A stretch of DNA of 64,000 nucleotides, from contig JARFYF010000053.1 in NCBI GenBank assembly GCA_030265395.1, forward strand, positions 36,939,321-37,003,320, in the 5' to 3' direction. Shown piece after piece: positions 13,261 to 22,620 of this stretch. The notes beneath the pieces are model-generated. The model worked only from the letters and a program-made list of their open reading frames with translations, made no database searches and was not told the origin of the DNA. The position numbers and the translations under genes are program-made. Source of the DNA: Rhina ancylostomus (taxonomy: Eukaryota). How positions within the stretch are numbered: position 1 is the stretch's first letter; the number at the start of each line of letters is the position of its first letter.

Positions 13261-15265
13261 ATTGGCACCTCTAGTTAATTCAGAATAAAGTTAAATCAAG
13301 TTGGATGGATATTATCTACTTCGGTTCAAAGCGTACAAAAACCAGGCGTATTTAAAGTTGAAGCCCCGGCATTGAAAACGCAATATCCATTTCCAGAGTC
13401 CAAAAGTTGCATTGGTTGAGGCAGCAGGGACTGATCAAGAGACAGAGAACGGTGGAGGATAACATTTCCAATCTAGTGGTTTGATTAGCCTCAGCGATAC
13501 TTTACAACGTGTTTGTCGAACGAAAAAAGACTGCAACTTTACAAAGGTCAAGGCCTCAGAACAAATATTTGGAAACTGATATTTGGGAAGGGAACATTTG
13601 TGCCTCATCTTAGAAGGAGGACATATAATGACCGAAAGAGGAGTGGAAGCAAAACTCTGGCCACTAGTAATGAACAAAACTAATGGAGTAGCAGGACAAC
13701 AGCCAAAGCAGACTTGGGTGGTGAGTGATTACTCCCAGACAGAGTTGAGGTATATAGTTAAAAATCTTCGGGAACTTTCAGAGGAATAACGGGGAGCGGT
13801 TAACACGTCATTAGGACCATAGAGCTGTTGTCAGCTGGTTTGCTGAAAAGCCGGAGAGATTATGAGGTCTCTCTCTGGACCCTGTAATAAATTGGGCTTT
13901 GAAGATCGTAGCCGTAAAAAGCTGGCCGTTCTTTTTTCCATGAATGATAGTCGCTGCTAGGGATAGATGTTTTGTTGCTCTGGACTGGGAGTAAGAACGA
14001 ACCCACTAACATAAAACTGAAGTAGCAGTGCAATAATTAAATCACATCGCAACCTCAATCATGATTTACTGTCAGCGATTCAGTTTTCAGATGAGGTACT
14101 GTTTTCCAGTGGATGCAACAACCAATTGATGACACACGGCCGTGATGAACAGAGCTCCATTGGCACTCTTACCAACGCACAGTGAAGTGCGACGTATGGT
14201 ATATTTGCTGGGATAATGAGGGGATGTGGACGACGTGTGTGTCCAATTACCACAATTGCAAGAGACAAAGGAAATCAGTTAAATGGTTGAGTAGAATGTG
14301 GACAAACAGTGGGAAAGTACGAGAAGATGAATGTTTATCACTTGTTTAAAGATGGCATGGCTGAAGAAGAAATGGGTTGTGTTTCCATCGGAACAATGGA
14401 TGCAAGATTTGCAGATAAATGTTGTGGAGGGAGTTCTACACAGTTTGCTCCCTGCATGAGTATGAACGCGAGGGGACTGTAATCTGCCGGAGAATGGTCA
14501 AAGGTAAAAGAAACTAATCTTTTCCACGAAGGCCGAACGGAAAGTTCTGACATTAACTCGTCGAAACCTGATACGGAACTAATTAGTAACCTTGTGTTCC
14601 AGTGGTGTTCCGTGGTTCCTGATAGACAACAGATCAAGTGAGTCGAACCAAGAGACCCTAGACTTGACCATCTCTTAGCATCCAGGCAGTAGATTAGAAA
14701 GTGATAGATTTATTATATACGGTACTTAGGTTAGACTTATATGCGGGTATCTTCAGAAACAATCTGGAGTAAAGAAGGTAATTAATGGATTTCGGCGAGA
14801 GAAAGGTTCAGCAATGAGGGGACAGTGACGTTTAACCATTGGAAGAAGAACACCATTGATTATTACGGTGCCAAATGCGAAAATTCATTAATATTTTCGT
14901 GGGACAGATGTTTTAAAGAAACAAGCGCTTAAACTGCCAAGGAGCTAATTTACGGTTGGAGTGAGAAAAGTTAATGTTTCAGTGGTATCGGGAGGATGGC
15001 AACCATTGAATTGCGCAGGAGCAAATGCAATGATTAAAGTAAAGCAGTATCGGTTAACTGTGAGCCAAAAGTATGTTTCTAATGTGACAAGGGTCTTATA
15101 AATTTTGAAGTAATATGATCAGTTGTTTCTCCCTCTAACAGTACGGGTTGGCCAGTAAACAAACAGGACGTAAGATGGAAAATGACAGAAGATTATTGTC
15201 AGTTCAATAAATCCACCCATTGCTAACTGATGATATTAAATTTGATGGGATTTCACAAGAAAAGT
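13260..15265 (+). mobile_element. Highly decayed ERV-L-like (class III) gag-pro-pol remnant, copy 1
   Basis: ~15127-15215 reads SPSNSTGWPVNKQDVRWKMTEDYCQFNK, close to the class III RT start SPFNSPVWPVxKxDGxWRMTVDYRxLNK. A gag-like SDYSQTELRYIVKNLRE lies at ~13720-13780. The upstream boundary is uncertain. Confidence 0.5.
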
Positions 15266-15370
15266 TTAAANNNNNNNNNNNNNNNNNNNNNNNNNNNNNN
15301 NNNNNNNNNNNNNNNNNNNNNNNNNNNNNNNNNNNNNNNNNNNNNNNNNNNNNNNNNNNNNNNNNNNNNN

Positions 15371-18180
15371 TAAGTGCTGTACAGTGACCATGTCTGGGGT
15401 GCCCTGTGTTGTAGTTGTTGACTTACAAGAAACCGCCTGTTTTCCTGCTATCGAAAAGATGTTATTACTCTGGTGAGCTGCCAATTTGGCCTCTGCATCT
15501 GCCTTGTTACTGCCCTGTGTTACCAGGGAGGTGTCTGAGAAGTGAGCTGAGCATTTTATGATGACCAATTTATTAGGGAGGAGGATGGCTTGGAGGAAGT
15601 TCTTTACGTAAGGCGCTTTCTGTATGGGACTAACTGTAGAGGGCAGAAATCCCCTGTGCGTCCATAGTTGGCCAAAATCATAGGCGACTCCAAAAGCATA
15701 GCGGGAATCAATAAAGATATCAGCTACTTTGCCCTTGCTAAAATACAAGCTCTGGTTAGGGGTAAGAGTTCTGCTTTTTGTTCAGAGACTGGGGTCTACA
15801 AAGACGACCTGGGAGTCATTTACAATGGCATAGCTGCAAAAGCGGATTTCCTGTTCATAAACGGTGGAACTACCACTGACATATAGGTTTAAGTCTGCTG
15901 ACTGTAAGGCCTTATCGGAAAAGTCCGGACGGAGTGCAGTCAAAAAATGGTTTCGCATTAAGCAGTCATGTGGTGGATCTTTAAGATCCTTAGGTGGGGT
16001 CTCTAGAAAGGTGGCAGGGTTAATGGTAGTGCAGTATGTAAAAGGGAGGAGTGATTTATTCAGGAGAGCTACCTTATTTCTGTTTAAGCGGGCCTGGGTA
16101 ATGTGTTGCGTTTGATGAGAAGTTAGGTGTGCCGTTACGGAATGGGAAGAATAAACAATCATTGATTGTTGCAGACTGCTGTTACCAGGGGGTAGATTGT
16201 TGGAAGCATCTGTGAGCACGGCGGAAGTCCCCTAGCAACCGGGTCCAGCCGAGTAGAGTAATATGCCACCGGTCTTTTTCTATCCCCTTGGGATTGAGTA
16301 AGGACGGTTGTAGCGCTGTCCGCCAGGACATTGACAAAAAGATGAAATTGACGATTTGATGTCCCAGGGCCGGCGCGCTGGCAAGGGTTTGTTTGAGTTT
16401 ATCAAAGGACTCCTTTTGTTCCTTTGTAAATTCTAAAGGTCCCACAGACTATCTTGAAGCCAGGGGCGTGAGGTGCTGAGTCAGGAGGGCCACATTAGGT
16501 AGCCATTGTCTGCAGAAATTTACTAAACCTAAGAAGGTGCACATACCCTTCGGTGTAGAGGGTGCTGGGCTAGCAATAATGGGTGTAATACGTTCAGGAG
16601 TGAACTGTCGCTCAGTTGCACTTAAAAGGGTGCCCAGAAGAGTCACCTGGCGTTGGGTTCGTTTTACTTTCTGTAGAGTTATTAAGTGTCCCCAAGAATG
16701 GAGTGCGTTAAGTAGTCTGTTGGTGTCGGCAATTTTGCTGGGCTCCGAGGGGCTTGCCAAAAAAAGGTCATCGACATGCTGGACAACGGTGGATTTGTCA
16801 AGAAGTGGTAACTCTTGGAGTTGTTTATGCAACACTTGGGAGAAAATAGTCAGGGAATGTATAAATCCTTGCGGGAGAAACATGCAGGTGTCTTGCTGAC
16901 CTTGGAAGGTGAAATCAAACAGGTACTGCGAGTCAGGAGATAGGGGAATTGCAAAAAAATGCATGCTGGAGGTCCCCAAGGGTAAAAATACAAGAGTCGC
17001 AGGGATAGTGCCGAGAATGGTGGCCGGGTTCGCAGCCAGAGGGTGCAGTGGTTCCACTAAATCATTAACCTTACACAGGTCTTGTCCCAGGCGCCATTCC
17101 GTCCGTCCGGGTTTGGGGATGGGTAAAATCTGGGTGTTGCAGGGTAATTGGGAAGGAACCAGGATGCCCTGTTTGCAGAATGAATTTATTAAATGGGTTA
17201 TTCCGTCAACCGCCTCTCTCCGAAGGGGGAATAGTGGGACGGAAGGCGATTGTACTCCCAGTCTTACCCGGAGTTGGAATTGGCTCACAGGGGTGATCTC
17301 TCAATCATCTTTCTACGTTGCCCATAATTCGGGGGTTGGTTCATCCGAAGGCAGTCCGTGGGGCTGATGGTGCCATAAACAGCCTGTCACCTAAAAATGC
17401 GTGAGGTGATAAGTCAGGGTCTCTCCTGGCAGTATCTGGGAAACCCCGGAAAGGTCTTTGTCTACCTGTTCCTCAAGTTGATGGGCTAGGAATCCCAGCT
17501 ACTTCGGTTTATGACCCTCATCAACTGACAGGGTGATGTGAGGGGACACCAAGCCTGACTGATTCCACAATTCATTAGACGGTTGAAGTCAAAGTGCTGC
17601 ACCCTCCTTCCCCTCTACTTCTCCCAAACTGTAATAGTCTCCATGCTACCCAGGTAGAGAGCATACAAAGCTTACAGCTCCCATGAAACCCCTGAGGGGT
17701 ATAAACTAGTGTCACATTTGGGTCAGGGGCCTTCAAGGATTGGTTAAAATCTCAGTTCTTGAAGTCCACCGTCCACCACTGAGGAGGCTGTTGAATCCAG
17801 AGGATTCCATGGGGATTAGGGCCGTTAATGGTAATTACTTCATCCAGGCATTGTATTTGATTCGGAGGAACAGAGCAAGTCCCTCCCGGGCAAGTTAACC
17901 CCAAGGTCTGGGGTTACTGCGATTTGGATCAGACATTCCTGCTCTCCGAATCCCCCTCGTAGAGGTTCAGTTAATGGGTAGGACTTCTAATGCCCCTCAA
18001 GTCCGCTCAATGAAACCGTGGCCATGGAAATTTTAAAATAATGCTGGGCGATACAAGGAGCTTCAAGCATCGAGGTACAGGCCCACGTATCTATCTTAAA
18101 GGGGATTAGTTTTCCTTCAACTAATAGGTTGACGATAGGTTCATCGTCTGGGTTATCGGTGAGTGCAGGGTATATGGAAT
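15371..18180 (-). pseudogene. pol: ERV pro-pol (protease, 2H-like insert, RT, tether, RNase H)
   Basis: Protease EPIVNLLVEGKLIPFKIDTWACTS (DTG>DTW at 18083-18091). RT PCNTQILPIPKPG..WRL.QDL, LPQGFIHS, QHVDDL and FLGLVNFCRQW. RNase H LYVSGSS, IFIDSRYAFGVAYDFGQLW.HRGFL, IIKCSAH and GSNKADAEAK. Confidence 0.92.
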
Positions 18181-18199
18181 GGCTACATTCCGTAGCTAA

Positions 18200-20320
18200 T
18201 CAGGCGGAAAACAGGTTGCCGGTTGAGAAAGGTTATCGTTTACCGGGGGTGGGAGTCTGGCCGACCGCTGACAGTGGGGCAGTCCCGCTTCCAATGATCA
18301 GATGCTCCACAGAGGTAGCATCCTGTCAAACTGGCGCTCGCTGGCGCGGGTCGGGTTGATAGGGCACCCTAGGTCCTGGGGAATTGCGAGAGGNNNNNNN
18401 NNNACATTGGGGCTCTTGGTCGTTGGGGTGTATTGGGTACCCTTTACCAGATTGATCAACCCGTTCTGGAATGTATTCTGGCGGGGCGGTAGCATAGCGG
18501 TTAGCGCGACGCTATTACAGCGCCAGCGATCGGGGTTCGATTCCCGTCGCTGTCCATAAGGAGTTTGTATGTTCTTCCGTGTCTCCGTGGGTTTCCTTCG
18601 GGTGCTCTGATTCCATCCCACATTCGAACGACATACGGGTAGGTTAATATGGGTTTAAATTCAGCGGCGCATACTCTTTAGGCCGAAAGGGCTTGTTACC
18701 ACGCCGTAAATAAAACTGAAAAAAAGTATTAAATTTGAATACAAAACTGTATTATTGGCTAAAGCAGGTCGGGGCCGAGGAGATCTATGAACCATTCTGG
18801 TTTTCGATTCGCGCCGGTTACTCCAGAAGTAGACCAGCGGCCTCCTCATCGCCTGTCGCGTGTGGTCAGGCCAATTCATGTTATTAGTGCGGATAGCTGA
18901 CGCCACTTCCTCAGGGATACATTGTAGTAGGAGGGCGTTAAACTGAGGGAAGGCTTTGGCTCTGTCCCCCGCATAAGTACCGTAAAGTGAACAGAAGTGG
19001 TACCAATAGTCTGGGCCGTCCTTTCCCTGTTTCGGTTGGAATTCTAAAACTTTAGTTATGTCAATAGGCTGTTGGAGGGTTTTGCCAATGGCAGTTCTAA
19101 TGGTTTTCAACTGGTCCTGAGGCCGGACGGCCTCTTAAAAAGTTCACCAATCTGCATGGTTTCCCACGTGTTTTTCCAACTTCCCGCCTTATTAGTTGTA
19201 GGAGCCATATAACAAAGACTGTAAAGGTCTTAGGGTGTGGCCTGGTACATCTGAATTGTCCCAATCACATAATCTATAAAATCTTCCGGTTTGGTGTTAC
19301 GATTGAGCGCCTGGTTGATGATTAGGCACATCTCCTGAGACTTCCAAGGGATGTAGATTTGGATCGTAGGATTAGTGCTCGCTTGGGCTGGATCTGATTA
19401 TGGAACACTCCTATCGGGGAACTGTCTTTTAGCCTTGGTTCCCTTTCATTCAACAAAAGTGATGGGTCGGGATCTTAAGGGCCGTCAACATCAGTGGTAG
19501 AATCGGAGTCATATCGGTGTCCGACTGAGGATCTACTTAATGTCTGTCCCCTACCGAAAAGTTCCGTCGCTTGTCTGTGGCAGAGCCATTCGTATGCGGG
19601 CTTCCTCGCTGTGTAAGCTGATTTCTAGTTCCGGACGCAGTAGGGTCATGGGATTGGCCTTGGGACGGGACTTAGCTCGCAGTCGTTGGTGGTGAGACCG
19701 AACGGTTTGCAGACGACTTACATTATGTGGGGGCGGCAGTGAAATTGGGGGTAGATAGGGGCTGTAGGTCGAACCATTCAATCCTCCTTATTTTCGTCCT
19801 TATCATTAATTTGGAGAAACAGGGGTACGCCAGACATGTCGGGAGGTACCTCCACTTTATCCTTAATTTCTCTATTTTTATTTCTTCGTTTTTCCCTTTT
19901 TCCTGATCTACCCATTCCCTCTCCCTTCTCCTTCTCTCAGCATCATGTTCTCCACACTGAGACTTCAGAACTTTCCAACTATTGGGATTTCCTCTTTCAT
20001 CACATAAACTAATCTCCTTTCTACGTGCATTATGTTCCTAACTACTCTGTTTAGATTTATTTATCAGGTCTTCAGCTGTTTTTCTCCAATTAGGCATTAA
20101 TATTTTCCATTTTCCCCTGCTTTGCGCTCCCAAATCGCCTTTTCTGCCTTTAGACACATCCACATCCCAACTTCCCCCGAATGGCCATATTTCATTTCCC
20201 AATTTCTTATTGAGGCATTCCGATAATTTACGGAAATTATTCTCATTTTTTTCGGGTCGTTTTTACATAATTTAGACAGTGGGGTATTGGATCCTGATTT
20301 ATCGAGAGTTTGTCCAATTT
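18200..20320 (-). pseudogene. gag: ERV gag (MA-CA-NC), disrupted and interrupted by a SINE
   Basis: Starts (M>I)GQTLDKSGSNTPL, with MA-like WPFGGSWD and a capsid-like region (ORF 18661-19110). The zinc knuckle CYLCGASDHWKRDC is at 18279-18320. Confidence 0.8.
18483..18740 (+). mobile_element. tRNA-derived V-SINE (HE1-like) inserted in ERV gag
   Basis: A-box-like tagcatagcgg, B box ggttcgattcc (18534-18544), V-domain aaggagtttgtatgttct..gtgggtttcc..gggtgctc..cccacattc, CR1-like tail ggccgaaagggcttgtt and an A-rich end. Confidence 0.88.
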
Positions 20321-20751
20321 TTCGACCTTAAAGTAAAAATCGCCACAATTATCTATAAGATCGGTCTCTTCCCTCACTAATTCCAGGTTCCTGACCTTCC
20401 CATGGGGGATTTCCTCTCTTAAGAACCGGTATGAGGTAGGGTGGTAGTACGAGGAACCGATCTCAAAATTTAAAGCTCAAAACCTTAAAATTCAAAACCT
20501 TAAAACCCACACCTGGGGACTCAAACTTCTTTATGTTATTACTCCGAGCGAGGACTCGAACCTCCTATTTTCTGTGGCACTCAGACATGTTCGCGAGGAG
20601 TCCGGCAGAGGATATTAGATAAGCGAAGAGATCGATCAGGTGTCCAACTCCCTGAAAGGGATCAAGATGAGTCTTACATTTTGGGCCGTTCCATCTTGGA
20701 TAGTCGTTATCCCCGTCGATCGGTCACGCCACTTCCGAGACCTCGTCTTGA

Positions 20752-20769
20752 CTCCTGGCTAGCTCGCCA
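20752..20769 (-). promoter_or_regulatory. Primer binding site complementary to tRNA-Arg(ACG)
   Basis: Minus strand TGGCGAGCTAGCCAGGAG lies 3 nt after the LTR's CA end. It has one mismatch to the complement of the vertebrate tRNA-Arg(ACG) 3' end CTCCTGGCTGGCTCGCCA (recalled, not searched). Confidence 0.85.
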
Positions 20770-20772
20770 AAT

Positions 20773-21170
20773 TGTAATCGTAAACTAATTTCCCATTCCT
20801 GCCTGCTGCAAAATCACACAGTGCCAGGGATTACTTCTGTTAAATGGCGTTTTTTAGCAGCATACTACTGTGGGAGAACTCTCCTCTAATATTATTTCAT
20901 AGTCTTTGTCGGAGGTCTCCACGATACAAAAGAGCAGACATTGATTTGCACAGTCCTTGTCAAGCACACTTAATCGATGCAGCAACACAAGTTTCGATCA
21001 GGCGCCTAAGATACAAAGACAATCATCACACTCGTTATTTAGTATAATTGGTTTACAATCAAGTTCTGGACACAGTAATTACCACCTGCTCATGAGTCAG
21101 GGGTCTGCGTGGATTTCTTTTTTCATTTGTTATATGTACGGTCACAATTTCTTAACCCTTTACTTCCACA
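20773..21170 (-). repeat. ERV 5' LTR (~398 bp)
   Basis: Minus strand starts TGTGGAAGTAAAGGGTTAA and ends CGATTACA immediately before the PBS. The outer end is inferred because no 3' LTR is available for comparison. Confidence 0.75.
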
Positions 21171-21204
21171 AGGTGAGGGAAAGACGTTGTTTCGGCGACT
21201 GCTT

Positions 21205-22106
21205 TCAGAATTGAATGCATTTTGCCATTAGTATGAAAGGAGACTTCATCAGTTCTTTCATTTGATCCCAAAACTTAGTTTGGGTCACGGTGTAAAGAGC
21301 AGTATTTGTGCAGCAGCTCAACATCTGGAACATGAAGCCTATTTCTTGTATAGAACGTGGTGGAAGAGCAGGACCGTAACCCAAATAATAAAGTAGGATC
21401 CAAAGATTTGACACCGTAAATGGTGCCCAAAACAGGATAAAATTCCCAGAAATGACAAGCAGTAAAATAAGGGATTTCTTTCGGCTTTCCATCTCTGTGT
21501 CTTTGGAAGTTTCACCATTGTTTGGGTTCCGGAGTCTCCTGCGAGCTCTGCTGGCCAGCAAAACATGTCTGATGGTTATCGCATTGAGAAGCAGAACCAA
21601 GATAAATGGGACCACAGGTGTGAAGAGATAATGAAGGAAAACAATTGCTGCCCAGACCGGTGATAGTAGAGAACGGACTCCTTGTAAACAAAACCAAGGA
21701 CTATTGCTCATCTTATATTCATTTTTGAGCATAAAGTACCAGAAAATATTCTTTAAGCAGCTCAGGACTGACACTATCGCCAACACCACAAGTGCCCTTT
21801 TCTCTGTGCAGTGGGTATTTTTCAGTTTCTGCCAACAAATAGCCACAAAGTGATCAAAGGTGAACGTCACGGTGAACCAGACAGAACAGTCCGTGGCTGC
21901 ATAAAGGAGGACGGCGTGGATGTTGCACACACGAAGAGAATGCAGTAAAGGAACCGGAATCTGATAAGCGATTGGAATATGCCTCAGTATCAGGTCGAGT
22001 GTAACTATCAAAAGATCCGAGGCTGCCATGGCAATTAGGTAGCGAGTGACTCCTTTGGAGAGCCCGCACTTTCCTCGAGATAGGATCCGAATCGTCACTA
22101 AGTTCA
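21205..22106 (-). CDS. GPR139/GPR142-like class A GPCR, gene A, exon 2 (rest of TM1 to C-terminus)
   Basis: Open frame VNLVTIRILSRGKCGLSKGVTRYLIAMAASDLL..DCSVWFTVTFTFDHFVAIC..TPVVPF..ESRKKS..CCTNTALY. Acceptor cttgcag|TG at 22107/22106. Joined to exon 1 it gives 1041 nt = 346 aa. Confidence 0.9.
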
Positions 22107-22341
22107 CTGCAAGTGTAGTGATGGGTAAAGTAACAGGAATTAAAAAACTGGTTTGGATGAAAATTACCAGACAGTTTGACATGGACATTATTGACATTTG
22201 CAAACATATTTTATATCTAGTAACATCATAAAATGGATTGTAAATTTACGTAATTTCCAGCCTAAAACTCGGATTATGAATTCATGAAATGAACCGGTCA
22301 ATGGAATTACCTCCTGGAATAAAAAAAATCACAATTAGGTA

Positions 22342-22620
22342 ATTAGGTAGCGAGTAACACATTTGGAGAACCCGCACTTTCCTCGAGATAGGATCACAAT
22401 CGTTATTAAATTCATTTCAGGTGATTGGGATGGGTGAAAATAAAACAGAGGAAATACAAATCTGTGTCGGAAGAACGTTACTGTTTTGACTTGGAAATTA
22501 TTGGCAATTGCAACTGTATTTTGTATCTCGTAAACGCCATAAGATTGATTGTACATATATGTCGTTTCGTGCCCAGGACTTGCATTATTACTTCATGAAA
22601 TGAACCAGTTAAAAATACAC
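22342..22620 (-). repeat. Intronic tandem duplicate of the intron end and exon 2 start of gene A
   Basis: Aligns with ~22030-22310 and encodes NLITIVILSRGKCGFSKCVTRYLI before breaking off. The acceptor gcag|tg reads gaaa|tg in this copy. Confidence 0.85.

Larger units (their letters stand above)
15371..21170 (-). mobile_element. Endogenous retrovirus, class I (epsilon/gamma-like): 5' LTR-PBS-gag-pro-pol, truncated before integrase and env
   Basis: LTR, tRNA-Arg PBS, Gag with CCHC knuckle, protease, RT and RNase H occur in the correct order on the minus strand. Many frameshifts and stops. Confidence 0.92.

Noticed and set aside
18483-18550. Possible tRNA gene
   Set aside because: The A and B boxes run directly into a V-domain and LINE tail, so this is a SINE head.
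22107-22203. N-terminal extension of ORF 21205..22203 as a single-exon GPCR
   Set aside because: This sequence precedes a consensus acceptor and lacks the YYxxxAxxxxP half of TM1, which a proper exon 1 at 25772-25910 supplies.
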